A stretch of DNA of 63,988 nucleotides, the filler included, from a bacterium (GTDB lineage: Bacteria > JBBIVP01): assembly GCA_037439705.1 (NCBI GenBank). It is 3 parts of 3 records of this genome, joined end to end, with 100 filler letters (N's around TTAATTAATTAA, not from the genome) between each part and the next. Parts side by side here need not be neighbours in the genome. Positions count along the whole stretch, not along the records: positions 28,159 to 54,474 come from JBBIVP010000006.1; 2 more parts are not named here. The stretch is one strand, 5' to 3'. The first letter of the stretch is position 1. Every line of letters begins with the position of its first letter. Shown piece after piece: positions 37,872 to 48,149 of this stretch. A model generated the notes under the pieces. That model made no database searches and was not told the origin of the DNA. It saw only the letters and a program-made list of their open reading frames with translations. Made by a program: the position numbers and the translations under genes.

Positions 37872-38905
37872 AAGACCTGTTGTATAACGAGTTGAAGGAA
37901 ATTCTGGAAAATAACGAATTTCCTCCATACAGGGCAGGGCAGATATTCAAATGGATTTACAAAAAATTTACCTGTGATTTTGAGGAGATGACCGACATAA
38001 GAAAAGAAGAAAGGAAATACCTTGAGGAGAATTTTGAGAATTATCTTCCACCAGTTTTGAAAAAAATTGAGTCAAAGGATGGAACCACAAAATATGCTTT
38101 TATTCTTAAGGACAAAAAGGTGATAGAAAGCGTTCTCATTCCGGATGGGAAAAGGTTGACCGTATGCGTTTCAACCCAGGTGGGATGTCCTCTTGGATGC
38201 AAATTCTGTAAAACCGGAAGGATGGGGTTTGTAAGAAATCTTTCCGTTTCTGAGATTCTGTCTCAGATAATAGCAGTTTCAAAGGATTCAGCACTCAAGC
38301 CAACCAATATAGTTTTCATGGGAATGGGAGAGCCTCTTCTTAATATGAAAAATCTTGTGCGTGCTCTAAAAATTATAACATCAGAAGAGGGAATGAACTT
38401 CTCGCCAAGAAAGGTTACAGTTTCAACAGCAGGAATTCCTCACCTGATAGAGGAACTCGGAAATTCTATCAGGGTTTCGCTTTCCATTTCCCTTAATGCG
38501 CCCGAGAATGAAACCCGTTCAAAAATTATGCCGATAAATGAAAAATATCCGATAGAGGAAATCATGTTTGCTGTTGAAAGATATCCACATCCTCCAAAGT
38601 CTCTCTTTACCATTGAATATGTAATGCTTAAGGGAGTGAACAGTTCTCTGAATCATGCAAAAAAACTTGCCTCCCTTCTCAAAAAGAACAGGATGCGCTT
38701 CAAGGTTAACCTCATAAATTTCAACCCCTTTGAGGGATGTGAGTTTGAGCCGGTAGATGAGGATGAAATTTTGAAATTTCAGGAGGAATTGTTGAAAAAT
38801 TCCATTTCCACCACGATAAGAAAGAGAAAGGGAGCAGATATTGGTGCAGCATGCGGACAGCTTGGAGGAGTTGCAGAATTATATTTGAAAAATCAGGAGG
38901 TTTGA
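37859..38905 (+). CDS. rlmN: Dual-specificity RNA methyltransferase RlmN
   Basis: CVSTQVGCPLGCKFC, VFMGMGEP, VSTAG, SLNAP, DIGAACGQL. Confidence 0.96.
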   Translation: MQEIKDLLYNELKEILENNEFPPYRAGQIFKWIYKKFTCDFEEMTDIRKEERKYLEENFENYLPPVLKKIESKDGTTKYAFILKDKKVIESVLIPDGKRLTVCVSTQVGCPLGCKFCKTGRMGFVRNLSVSEILSQIIAVSKDSALKPTNIVFMGMGEPLLNMKNLVRALKIITSEEGMNFSPRKVTVSTAGIPHLIEELGNSIRVSLSISLNAPENETRSKIMPINEKYPIEEIMFAVERYPHPPKSLFTIEYVMLKGVNSSLNHAKKLASLLKKNRMRFKVNLINFNPFEGCEFEPVDEDEILKFQEELLKNSISTTIRKRKGADIGAACGQLGGVAELYLKNQEV

Positions 38906-38906
38906 G

Positions 38907-39767
38907 ATGGATATAGGAATAATTGCAGGAAGTGGGTTCTACAGAATGGAGGGAATGGAGGTAAAGGAAAAGATAAAGGTTGATACTCCTTACGGAAGTC
39001 CGTCTTCGGAGATAGTGATAGGAAGAATTGGAGGAAAAGAAGTAGCATTTTTGAGCAGACATGCAGAGGGGCACATCTTTATGCCCTCTCATATCAACTA
39101 CCGCGCGAACATCTATGCCTTTAAACTTCTCCGCATAAAAAGAATTTTTTCTGTGAGCGCTGTTGGAAGCCTGAAAGAACACATAAAGCCTGGAGAGTTC
39201 GTTGTACCTGACCAGCTTATTGATTTTACAAAAAATAGAATAAACACATTTTTTGAACCAGGACTTGTTGCACATGTTTCAATGGCTTTTCCATTCTGTG
39301 AGAGATTGAGAAACCTTCTTCTTTCCTCTTCTCAGGAACTGGGATTTAAATCCCACAACAATGGCACATACATATGCATTGAGGGACCACAGTTTTCAAC
39401 GAGGGCTGAATCAAATCTGTTCAGAAGCTGGGGTGCTGATATAATTGGAATGACAAACCTTCCTGAAGCAAAACTGGCGAGAGAGGCGGAAATCTGTTAT
39501 GTCACACTTGCACTTGTTACGGATTATGACTGCTGGCACCAATCGGAGGAAAAGGTTACGGTGGAGATGATATTGAATGTGATGGCAAAAAATGTTGAGA
39601 GGGCAAAATTGCTTCTAAGGAAATGTATTGAGAAAATTGGCGATTCCGATTGTGAATGTAATCACAGCCTTAAAGATGTATTTGTGACCAATCCTTCTTA
39701 TGCCAATAAGGAGGTAATAGAAAAGCTTAAACCAATCATTGGAAAATATTTTGAGAAAAAGAAATGA
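38907..39767 (+). CDS. mtnP: S-methyl-5'-thioadenosine phosphorylase
   Basis: TPYG.PS, RH..GH, NYRANI, EGPQFSTRAES, GMTN.PEAKLAREA, TDYDCW. Confidence 0.95.
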   Translation: MDIGIIAGSGFYRMEGMEVKEKIKVDTPYGSPSSEIVIGRIGGKEVAFLSRHAEGHIFMPSHINYRANIYAFKLLRIKRIFSVSAVGSLKEHIKPGEFVVPDQLIDFTKNRINTFFEPGLVAHVSMAFPFCERLRNLLLSSSQELGFKSHNNGTYICIEGPQFSTRAESNLFRSWGADIIGMTNLPEAKLAREAEICYVTLALVTDYDCWHQSEEKVTVEMILNVMAKNVERAKLLLRKCIEKIGDSDCECNHSLKDVFVTNPSYANKEVIEKLKPIIGKYFEKKK

Positions 39768-40666
39768 AGACAGTTACTGTTGGTTCAATAGCCATTGATT
39801 CCATAAAAACGCCTTTCGGAGAGGTAAGGGATGTTCTCGGAGGTTCCGCTTCCTACTTTTCTATAAGTGCGAGTTATTTCACATCGGTTGGAATTATAGG
39901 AGTTGTAGGGAAGGATTTTCCCGAGGAATACATTGAACTTTTTAAAAAAAGGGGGATTGACACAAGTGGAATAAAGTTTGAAGGTGGAAGAACCTTCAGA
40001 TGGGCAGGTGATTATGGATATGACCTGAACAATCCCAAAACCATCAATCTGGAGTTAAATGTTTTTGAGAAGTTCAAACCGGAGGTGCCTGAAAAAATGA
40101 GAAATGTTGAAATCCTTTTTCTTGCTGCGATTCATCCCGAGCTCCAGATGGCTGTTCTCCATGAGATAAATGCTAAACTTGTGATTTCTGATACAAGAGA
40201 CCACTGGATAAAAGGAAACAAAAAAAAACTTGTTGAGGTTTTAAAAAGGACCGATGGGCTCCTCATAAATGAGGAAGAGGCGAGGATGCTTTCAGAAGAG
40301 TATAATATTCTTAAAGCGGCAAGGGCGATAATGAAGATGGGACCAGAGTTTGTCGTTATAAAAAGGGGAGAGTATGGAGCAGTTCTTTTTTACAGGGATA
40401 AAATTTTTTATGTTCCTGCATATCCTCTTGAGGTGATATTTGACCCAACAGGAGCAGGAGATTCTTTCGCAGGAGGATTTACCGGATTTCTTGCACATAC
40501 AGGAGATTATTCTTTTGATAATATGAAGAAGGCAGTTGTATACGGAAGCGCTATGGGTTCTTTTGCGGTTGAGAAATTTTCTGTTGAACGTTTAATTGAT
40601 CTCAAGGAAGGAGAAATTTTTGAGAGGGCGAGCAAATTCAAAGAGTTTGTTGAGTTTGAACTTTGA
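39764..40666 (+). CDS. PfkB-family carbohydrate/nucleoside kinase
   Basis: GGSASY, N.EEA, KRGEYGA, DPTGAGDSFAGG. Confidence 0.93.
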   Translation: MKTVTVGSIAIDSIKTPFGEVRDVLGGSASYFSISASYFTSVGIIGVVGKDFPEEYIELFKKRGIDTSGIKFEGGRTFRWAGDYGYDLNNPKTINLELNVFEKFKPEVPEKMRNVEILFLAAIHPELQMAVLHEINAKLVISDTRDHWIKGNKKKLVEVLKRTDGLLINEEEARMLSEEYNILKAARAIMKMGPEFVVIKRGEYGAVLFYRDKIFYVPAYPLEVIFDPTGAGDSFAGGFTGFLAHTGDYSFDNMKKAVVYGSAMGSFAVEKFSVERLIDLKEGEIFERASKFKEFVEFEL

Positions 40667-40720
40667 TAAGGAATCTCAAAATTATTGAAAATCGTCTTTT
40701 GGAAAACTATAATATTTTCA

Positions 40721-41362
40721 ATGCCGTTTGTTGAAAGTAAACTGAAAAACCTGGTTGGAATGAAGGGCACACTTTATGCTCTTCTGAAATCTGTGAATCT
40801 ATCAAATGTATATTTTCCTGAAACGGGTGCTGAAGGGGCAAGGGCTTACATAATTTTTATAGAAAAAGAAAGGAAACTGTTTCCTTTCATTTATTTTTAT
40901 CTCATGAGCAATGAGGGAAAGACCTTCAATTACAATCCAGAAAGCGTTGATATAAAAAATTTTGAAAGCGTTAAAAACGAAGCACTTGAGATGGTTGAGT
41001 CAATGGGATTCATAATGGAGGAGATTGACCTTCTTTCCCTTTCTCCTCCGGAAATGAAAGAAATAGTCAAAACTCTGCCATTTTATTATGAGAATCTTGA
41101 AGATTTTAAAAAATTTATGGATGAAATGGAAAAGGAGAAGGTTGATGTAGGAGAGGTGGAGATAGTAGAAGATGAAGAGGAGAAAGAAGTTGAGGTTGAA
41201 GTGGAGGAAAAGGAGGGTGCAGAAGAGGTGGATGAGGAGAGGGAGACGATAAAATTTTTAATTAACAAATACGGGCTTGGAAGGCTTCCAAAGATGGAAA
41301 AGAAATCAAAAATAAGCGGGAGCTTAAAATATGTACTTGGTAAACTTCTGGCGAGCAGTTAA
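40721..41362 (+). CDS. Hypothetical protein with acidic linker, upstream of Tgl/PilF-like gene
   Basis: ORF; promoter TTGAAA-17-TATAAT 7 nt before ATG 40721. Confidence 0.65.
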   Translation: MPFVESKLKNLVGMKGTLYALLKSVNLSNVYFPETGAEGARAYIIFIEKERKLFPFIYFYLMSNEGKTFNYNPESVDIKNFESVKNEALEMVESMGFIMEEIDLLSLSPPEMKEIVKTLPFYYENLEDFKKFMDEMEKEKVDVGEVEIVEDEEEKEVEVEVEEKEGAEEVDEERETIKFLINKYGLGRLPKMEKKSKISGSLKYVLGKLLASS

Positions 41363-42125
41363 AAGAGGATTACCTATTCTCTTTTTATTCGTCTGTGCGC
41401 CTGTGGAGAATAAAGACAAAGGGAAACTCTACGATGCCTATTACAATACAGGACTTTCCTTCATGCAGGTTGGCGATTATTCATCAGCAATTGAAAATTT
41501 CATGAAGGCTGAAAGTATAAGGAAGAATGACCCCAAACTCTATCATGCCATGGGACTTGCTTACATGGGGAAGGGACTTCTTAAAGAATCCCTTTCTTAT
41601 TTTGAAAAGGCGTTGAAGATAAATCCAGATTATTCTGAAGCAAGAAACAACTTTGGAGTTGTGCTGTATCAGCTGGGAAGGTTTGATGAGGCAATAAGGG
41701 AGTTTGAAAAGGTCTTGAGTGATGTTCTCTATAAAACACCTCAGCAGGCTTATCTCAATCTCGGACTTGTTTATTATGCGAAGGGAGATATAAGGAGAGC
41801 AGTCTTTTACTTTAAAAAGGCTATATCCGTGGACCCTGGTTTTGCTCTTGCATATGCAAATCTTGGATTTGCATACTTTGAACTGAAATCCTATGATGAG
41901 GCTGAAAGGAGTCTGGAGACAGCAATGGATTTGATGAAAAAAATGCCGGGAGCGGAGCTCAATCTTGCAGAGGTGAACCTTTATCTTGGAAGGATAAACC
42001 TGAACAAAAAGAATTATCAAAAAGCCTTTGAACTTTTTGATGAGGTGTTGAAATTAGCACCGGGAACGAATATGGAGAAGGAAGCAAGGGAAAGGATTAG
42101 GGAGATAAAGGGAAAAACGAGATGA
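41331..42125 (+). CDS. TPR protein, type IV pilus secretin pilotin (PilF/PilW/Tgl)-like
   Basis: Multiple TPRs; SEARNNFG, LYKTP..AYLNLG; location after ndk-rlmN-mtnP-pfkB. Confidence 0.75.
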   Translation: MYLVNFWRAVKRGLPILFLFVCAPVENKDKGKLYDAYYNTGLSFMQVGDYSSAIENFMKAESIRKNDPKLYHAMGLAYMGKGLLKESLSYFEKALKINPDYSEARNNFGVVLYQLGRFDEAIREFEKVLSDVLYKTPQQAYLNLGLVYYAKGDIRRAVFYFKKAISVDPGFALAYANLGFAYFELKSYDEAERSLETAMDLMKKMPGAELNLAEVNLYLGRINLNKKNYQKAFELFDEVLKLAPGTNMEKEARERIREIKGKTR

Positions 42126-43300
42126 GAGAGGTTGCAATAATAGGGACAGGGACAACCAAATTTGGAGAACTTTTTGATAAGGACTATAAGGATTTGCTCT
42201 GGGAGTGTTTCAATTCAGCCCTTGAAGATGCAGGTATTGATAAGAAGGAACTTCAGGCAGGATGGCTCGGGACCTACATGCCATACGCATGGGGTTATGA
42301 AGGAAATGCAGGAAGCACTGTGGCAGAGACTCTCGGGCTCTATCCAATTCCTGTTACCAGGGTTGCCAACTATTGTTCCACAGGAATGGAGGCAGTAAGG
42401 AATGCTTATTTTGCCATAAAAAGCGGAGAGTTTGATATGGTATTCGCAGTGGGCGTTGAAAAGATGAGGGATGTTCCGTCAAGGGGAAGTCTCGTTGCCC
42501 AGCACATAGAGAAAGGACACCCCCTTTTCTGTAAGGGGCGAACTGCTCCGGGAATGTTTGCACTCCTTGCTACAAGATATCTTTACGAACACAATCTTAC
42601 GAGAAGAATTCTATCAAAGGTGGCGGTGAAAAATCACGGATACGGTGCCATGAATCCAAAGGCACATTTTCAGAGGGCAATAACAGAAGAAGACGCAGAA
42701 AATGCTCCTCCTGTTGCTGAACCATTGAGACTCTATGACTGCACTCCTACCACCGATGGAGGAGCCTGCTGTATAATGACAACGGAAGAAAGAGCAAAGG
42801 CTCTTAAGAAGGATTACATCCTTATAAAAGGAATAGGATTTGCTACCTACGGTGGATATTTCACCCTTCAGTTTGACCCCACATTTGATTTCCTCGGTTT
42901 TAAAGCCACACAGTTTGCAGCAAGGAAGGCTTATGAGATGGCAGGGATAAAGAAGCCATCCGAAGAAATAGATGTTGTTGAATGTCATGACTGTTTCACT
43001 ATCACAGAGATAATAAACTATGAAGACCTGTTTTTATGTGAAAGAGGGGAAGGGTGGAAACTGATAGAAGAAAGGAAAACCTATCTTGATGGAAAAATTC
43101 CTGTGAATGTAAGCGGAGGTTTGAAATCCTTCGGACATCCCATAGGTGCCTCAGGAGTGAGAATGGTTAATGAAATATGCGAGCAATTGAGAGGAAGATG
43201 CGGTAAAAGGCAGGTGAAGGATGCGAGTACAGGGCTTGCTCATACCCTCGGTGGTCCCGGGATAGTTTCATGCGTAATAATTCTCGCAAGACCGGATTGA
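42122..43300 (+). CDS. Thiolase-family protein (SCP2-thiolase type)
   Basis: NYCSTG, GVEKM, KNH..G..NPKAH, CTPTTDGG, ECHDCFT, GHPIGASG. Confidence 0.9.
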   Translation: MREVAIIGTGTTKFGELFDKDYKDLLWECFNSALEDAGIDKKELQAGWLGTYMPYAWGYEGNAGSTVAETLGLYPIPVTRVANYCSTGMEAVRNAYFAIKSGEFDMVFAVGVEKMRDVPSRGSLVAQHIEKGHPLFCKGRTAPGMFALLATRYLYEHNLTRRILSKVAVKNHGYGAMNPKAHFQRAITEEDAENAPPVAEPLRLYDCTPTTDGGACCIMTTEERAKALKKDYILIKGIGFATYGGYFTLQFDPTFDFLGFKATQFAARKAYEMAGIKKPSEEIDVVECHDCFTITEIINYEDLFLCERGEGWKLIEERKTYLDGKIPVNVSGGLKSFGHPIGASGVRMVNEICEQLRGRCGKRQVKDASTGLAHTLGGPGIVSCVIILARPD

Positions 43301-43860
43301 GGCTTCAGAAGATAATAAAAGACCTTATAAAAGAACTTGGTGAAGACCCTGAAAGGGAAGGATTAAGGGAAACCCCGCAAAGGGTGGAGAAATCATTAAT
43401 GTATCTTTTAAAAGGATATAAAGAAGACCCAAAAAAAATTCTGGGAAAGACATTTGAGGTAAAGGATTACGATGAGATGATTGTTGTAAAGGACATAGAC
43501 TTTTTTAGTCTCTGCGAGCATCATCTCCTGCCATTTTTTGGTAAAGTTCACATAGGCTACATACCGAAGGAAAAAGTTGTGGGAATAAGCAAAATTGCAA
43601 GGTTAGTTGAGGTTTTTTCAAGGAGGCTTCAGATTCAGGAAAGGATGACAACGGAGATTGCACAAACGCTTATGAACCACATCAATCCGCTTGGAGTAGG
43701 TGTGGTGTGTGAAGCAGTTCACCTGTGCATGATGATGAGGGGGGTTGAGAAACAGAATTCGGTTGTTTTAACGAGTGCCATGCTCGGGGTTTTCAGAAAA
43801 AGGGCTGAAACACGCCATGAATTTTTAACCCTTATAGGGAGGGAGAAACCCATCAAATGA
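43270..43860 (+). CDS. folE: GTP cyclohydrolase I
   Basis: [41 protein letters not shown] 43297 is an alternative start. Confidence 0.97.
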   Translation: MRNNSRKTGLRLQKIIKDLIKELGEDPEREGLRETPQRVEKSLMYLLKGYKEDPKKILGKTFEVKDYDEMIVVKDIDFFSLCEHHLLPFFGKVHIGYIPKEKVVGISKIARLVEVFSRRLQIQERMTTEIAQTLMNHINPLGVGVVCEAVHLCMMMRGVEKQNSVVLTSAMLGVFRKRAETRHEFLTLIGREKPIK

Positions 43861-44315
43861 AATGCCCCTTCTGCGGAGAGTTGGAGACAAAGGTTATTGA
43901 CTCAAGGCTTTCAAAAGAGGGAGACCTGATAAGAAGAAGGAGAGAGTGTCTGAAGTGTTCAAAGAGATTTACCACCTTTGAAAGGTTTGAACTCACCATG
44001 CCACTTGTTGTAAAAAAGGATGGAAGAAGAGAGGTATTTTCAAGGGAAAAAATTTTCAGGGGAATTCAAAAAGCCTGTGAAAAAAGGCCGGTTTCTACAG
44101 ATGAGATTGATGCTATTGTGAGAAAAATTGAGATAGCTCTCACCGAGAGGGGAGAAAAAGAGGTTCCATCATCCCTGATAGGAGAGATGGTTATAAAAGA
44201 ACTTTATAACCTTGATAAGGTAGCCTATGTAAGGTTTGCCTCTGTTTATAAAGAATTCAAGGATGTAGAACAATTTATGGACGAGTTGAAAAAGCTTTTG
44301 AAAAAACGAAAATAA
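43857..44315 (+). CDS. nrdR: Transcriptional repressor NrdR
   Basis: [29 protein letters not shown] cone, [10 protein letters not shown]. Confidence 0.98.
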   Translation: MKCPFCGELETKVIDSRLSKEGDLIRRRRECLKCSKRFTTFERFELTMPLVVKKDGRREVFSREKIFRGIQKACEKRPVSTDEIDAIVRKIEIALTERGEKEVPSSLIGEMVIKELYNLDKVAYVRFASVYKEFKDVEQFMDELKKLLKKRK

Positions 44316-44761
44316 TGTCTCTTGAAATAAGGGAAGCAATTAAAGAAAAGGAGGAATGTTTTAAAATAAGAAAGAAAATTTTTGTAGAAAAGCTTGGTTT
44401 ATTCCACGAAACTGATATTGATGAATACGACATGGACACCAGAACCATTCATATACTTGCACTTTATGACGGAATGCCTGTCGGGACAGTTCGCATAATA
44501 GATGAAGGTAATGGAATTTTCAGAGGAAGCAGACTTGCTGTTCTCCCTCAAGCTCCTCCCCTTACAGGTTTCAAACTTGTCCGATATGCGATGAATGCTG
44601 TGAAAAACAGGGGTGGAAAGTTTTTCCGGGCTTTCGTCCTTCCAGAACTTGAAGGATTTTTTAAAAGATGTGGATGGATTTGGAAAGGAGAAACTCTAAT
44701 CTATGCGGGAAGAAAACATTTAATTATGTTTGCAAAATTAAATCTGAAGGACTCCTTTTAA
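44315..44761 (+). CDS. GNAT N-acetyltransferase, MSMEG_0567/Sll0786 (NitE)-like
   Basis: R..IFVE..GLF..TD.DEYD, GTVRI, GSRLAV, FF...GW, H..M.A.L. Confidence 0.8.
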   Translation: MSLEIREAIKEKEECFKIRKKIFVEKLGLFHETDIDEYDMDTRTIHILALYDGMPVGTVRIIDEGNGIFRGSRLAVLPQAPPLTGFKLVRYAMNAVKNRGGKFFRAFVLPELEGFFKRCGWIWKGETLIYAGRKHLIMFAKLNLKDSF

Positions 44762-44806
44762 CGAGGTGCTTGAAAATCCCGGTATTTATGAGATATAAAT
44801 TTCAAA

Positions 44807-45736
44807 ATGGCGAAAAATATGCAGATAATTTCCAGAAATTATTTTAAATCCTTTAAAAGATGGATAAAAGAAATGAAGGAAGGTGCCGGGATTTCTATGA
44901 AGGAGTTTTCCATTAAAAAATCAGAAGACGGGCACGAAATCCTAGGAAAGGGAATTGTGGTTACTGCAGATGGTATTCTTCCAGAACTTTTGAAAAATTC
45001 TCCGTTTTTCGCAGGATGGTCATCGGTTGTGGTCGTCCATTCGGATATGATTGCTTCCGGTGGAAAACCCCTTGAACTCTTTGTGTGTATCTGCGCAGAA
45101 GACAAAAAGAATTTGAGGACAATTCTTTCTGGAATAAAATCTGCTTCCACCCTTTTGAGGATTCCAGTTTCGGGAGGGCATACAATCCTTAAAAGTCCTC
45201 CGTCTCTGAGCACATTTTTGGTAGGTGAAAAAAAAGCAAGGAATATAAAAACTGGCAAGAATCTGGTTATAGGACTGATTTTTGATGAAAATGGAAAAAA
45301 GGGGACAAAGTTTTTTCCTTCATGGAACATCTTTTATAGAAGTTCATCAGAAGAAATAGAAATGAAAAGGAATTGCGTCCTTGAGATAACAAAACTTTCC
45401 TTCCTTGTTAAAGACATAAGCACAGGAGGAATTCTCGGAACCTGTGCCATAGCGCTTGAAAGCATGGGGACTGGCGGAGAGGTGGAGATTGATAGAATTT
45501 CCCCGCCTCCCGGGATTGACCTTGGATACTGGCTTAAAGCCTTTCAAAGTTTCGGATTTATTGTTTTTACTAAAGGCGAACTGGTAGATATAATAAAAAA
45601 CAAGTGTGAAAAAAATGGATTGGGATTTGAAGTGATAGGAAGGACATTGAAGGAAAGAATTTTCTATGTAATTTACAATTCAAAGAGGATAAAGTTCTTT
45701 GACTTTTCAAAAGAGAGGATTCTCAAATGGCGTTGA
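44807..45736 (+). CDS. AIR synthase (PurM)-related protein, Sll0787 (NitF)-like
   Basis: EDG, ADG, PFFAGWSSV.V..SD..A.GG.P, GGHT, KDIS.GG.LGT, W..AF.SFGF. Confidence 0.78.
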   Translation: MAKNMQIISRNYFKSFKRWIKEMKEGAGISMKEFSIKKSEDGHEILGKGIVVTADGILPELLKNSPFFAGWSSVVVVHSDMIASGGKPLELFVCICAEDKKNLRTILSGIKSASTLLRIPVSGGHTILKSPPSLSTFLVGEKKARNIKTGKNLVIGLIFDENGKKGTKFFPSWNIFYRSSSEEIEMKRNCVLEITKLSFLVKDISTGGILGTCAIALESMGTGGEVEIDRISPPPGIDLGYWLKAFQSFGFIVFTKGELVDIIKNKCEKNGLGFEVIGRTLKERIFYVIYNSKRIKFFDFSKERILKWR

Positions 45737-46779
45737 GCCATCTTCAAAGAATAAAAATTGAACTTCTATGCCATGGAATAAGGATTGGTGAGATGAAGAA
45801 AAATTTTACAAGGTACAGGTTCAAAAGAGCCTCCCTTTCAGAAGGACTCTATTTCGTTCTGAAAAAGAACGGAGAGGAAACAGTAGCAAATCTTCCGGTT
45901 TTTGAGGATTTTGTTGAAACCTCACCATTTTTTTACAGGGACGGGGTTATTTATAAAAATACCTCTCCTTTATGCGAGGCTGAAATCATAGCAGAGCCTC
46001 CGTGGTATAAAGAACTTCTTCCTGATGGCAGGGAATTTCAGAGCATTCTCCAACAACATGGAAAGGATGTTCTCGCAATTGCAATTTCTGATTGTTATTT
46101 TAAAAGGGAAGGGAGGGGATGCCTGTTTTGCGCCCTTAGAAATAATGGTGAAATGAAAAGGGCAGAGGATGTGGAACATGTGATAAAAAAATTGAAAAAT
46201 GAAGGATTTTATTATAGAGAATTAAACATAAATTCAGGAACAATAGATGAGAAAAATTTTGGCGCAGAGATATATGGAGAAATTGCAAAAATAGGAAAAA
46301 AAGAAGGGTTCATGGTTTACATTCAGATTCCTCCTGTAGAAAGGGAAACCATGATATTTTTAAAGGAGTCAGGTGTTGATTCGGTAAGCATAAACCTTGA
46401 GATATACAATGACGAAATAAGAAAGAAAATTTGTCCTGGAAAATCGGGAATAGAAAAGAGAAGGTATTTCAAAGCACTTTCAGATGCAGTGGAGGTGTTT
46501 GGACCATCGCAGGTTTCCTCATGGCTTATCATAGGGCTTGAGCCTGAGGAAGATACAATGAAAGGAATAGATGAGATTATAAAATGCGGTGCAATACCGC
46601 ATCCGAGCATATTTCGTCCTCTGAAGGGCTCAAAACTGGAAAATCTTCCGCCTCCATCTCCTGAAACCTCAATGAGAATTTATACCTACCTTAATGAAAA
46701 ACTTAAAAAAAATGGACCGAAGGTTCACCTGTCAAAAGCAGCGTGTGTGAACTGTGGATGCTGTTCGGTGATGGGATGA
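45727..46779 (+). CDS. Radical SAM protein, MSMEG_0568 (NitD)-like
   Basis: ELLCHG, HG.DVLA, CX8CX2C (CYFKREGRGCLFC), PGK, VFG..QVSS..I.GL, C-terminal C..CGCCS. Confidence 0.78.
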   Translation: MALSHLQRIKIELLCHGIRIGEMKKNFTRYRFKRASLSEGLYFVLKKNGEETVANLPVFEDFVETSPFFYRDGVIYKNTSPLCEAEIIAEPPWYKELLPDGREFQSILQQHGKDVLAIAISDCYFKREGRGCLFCALRNNGEMKRAEDVEHVIKKLKNEGFYYRELNINSGTIDEKNFGAEIYGEIAKIGKKEGFMVYIQIPPVERETMIFLKESGVDSVSINLEIYNDEIRKKICPGKSGIEKRRYFKALSDAVEVFGPSQVSSWLIIGLEPEEDTMKGIDEIIKCGAIPHPSIFRPLKGSKLENLPPPSPETSMRIYTYLNEKLKKNGPKVHLSKAACVNCGCCSVMG

Positions 46780-48149
46780 AAATAGCTGATTCACATGCCC
46801 ATCTGAATTTTCCTGATTATGATAAAGATAGAGAAGAAGTAATTAAAAGGGCTTATGATGGAAAGGTAAGAATAATAATAAACATAGGTTCAGGCAACGG
46901 AAAAGATGGTATAAAAGATTCCCTTGAACTTGCTCGTTCTTATGATTTTATATATTCTACCATTGGAATTCATCCTCATGAAGCAGATTCTGTAGATTTT
47001 GAAGAAATTCTATCCTTTTCTTCTGAAAATAAAATTGTAGCAGTTGGAGAATGTGGGCTTGATTTCTACAAAAACTATTCTCCAAGGGAAAAACAGATTA
47101 CAGTTTTTAAGAAACATATTGAATTCGCCCTTCAAAAAAATCTACCCCTCATAATTCACTCAAGAAATGCAGGAGACGAAGTTATGAAGATTCTAAATAA
47201 AGGTGATGTTTGGAAAAATGGTATTATATTTCACTGCTTTTCAGGAGACGAAGGACTGGCTGATGAAATAATAAAACTCGGAGGTTTTATATCTTTTGCA
47301 GGAAACATCACATACAGAAATTCAGAGGCAGTAAAAAATCTTGTCAGAAAAATTCCTGATGAGAGAATTCTCGTTGAAACTGACTGCCCATTTCTTTCGC
47401 CTGTGCCATATAGAGGTAAAAGAAATGAACCCCTTTATGTATGGATGACTGCAGACTTTCTTGCAAAGATAAGGGGAATAACTGCGGAAGATATGGGCAG
47501 AATTTCTTTCGTTAATACAGTGAGGGTTTTCAAACTTCCTGTGAAAATAGAGCCATCCATTGTTTATAAAATAAGGCGTTCCCTTTACATAAACCTTACA
47601 AATGAGTGCACTCTCTCCTGTACATTTTGTGGAAAAAAGAGGTCATATTTTGTGAAGGGACACTATCTCAAACTTGAAAGGGAACCATCCGTTGAAGAGG
47701 TTCTCTCGGAGATAAAATGTTATAGCAGAGATTCCTTTGACGAGGTTGTTTTCTGCGGATATGGAGAACCCCTTTTGAGGCTTGATAAAGTTAAAGAAAT
47801 TGGAAGGGAATTAAAATCGACGGGAATAAAGACGAGAATTGACACCGATGGACTTGCAAATCTGGTTTACCGAAGGAACATAGTTCCTGAACTTTCAGGA
47901 ATGATAGACTGCGTTTCTGTAAGCCTGAATGCTCCTGACGAAGAAACCTATGCAAAGATATGTCCCTCCCCTTACGGGAGGGAAGCATGGAGGCATGCCT
48001 GCGAATTTGTTAAGGAGTGCACAAAATTCATTCCCGAGGTAATAATAACTGCAGTATCATTACCTTCCATTTCCTATGAAGACATGGATAAACTTGCAAA
48101 AACTCTCGGTGTCAAATTCAGAATTAGAGAATATAATGAACTCGGCTAA
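46776..48149 (+). CDS. TatD DNase fused to TatD-associated radical SAM domain
   Basis: DSHAHL, GIHPH, GECGLD, HSR, HCFSG, ETDCPFL; then LYINLTNECTLSCTFC, VFCGYGEP, SVSLNA. Confidence 0.92.
   Translation: MKIADSHAHLNFPDYDKDREEVIKRAYDGKVRIIINIGSGNGKDGIKDSLELARSYDFIYSTIGIHPHEADSVDFEEILSFSSENKIVAVGECGLDFYKNYSPREKQITVFKKHIEFALQKNLPLIIHSRNAGDEVMKILNKGDVWKNGIIFHCFSGDEGLADEIIKLGGFISFAGNITYRNSEAVKNLVRKIPDERILVETDCPFLSPVPYRGKRNEPLYVWMTADFLAKIRGITAEDMGRISFVNTVRVFKLPVKIEPSIVYKIRRSLYINLTNECTLSCTFCGKKRSYFVKGHYLKLEREPSVEEVLSEIKCYSRDSFDEVVFCGYGEPLLRLDKVKEIGRELKSTGIKTRIDTDGLANLVYRRNIVPELSGMIDCVSVSLNAPDEETYAKICPSPYGREAWRHACEFVKECTKFIPEVIITAVSLPSISYEDMDKLAKTLGVKFRIREYNELG

Noticed and set aside
46776-48149. 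TatD-radical SAM fusion as a novelty
   Set aside because: Known architecture in deltaproteobacteria and other anaerobes
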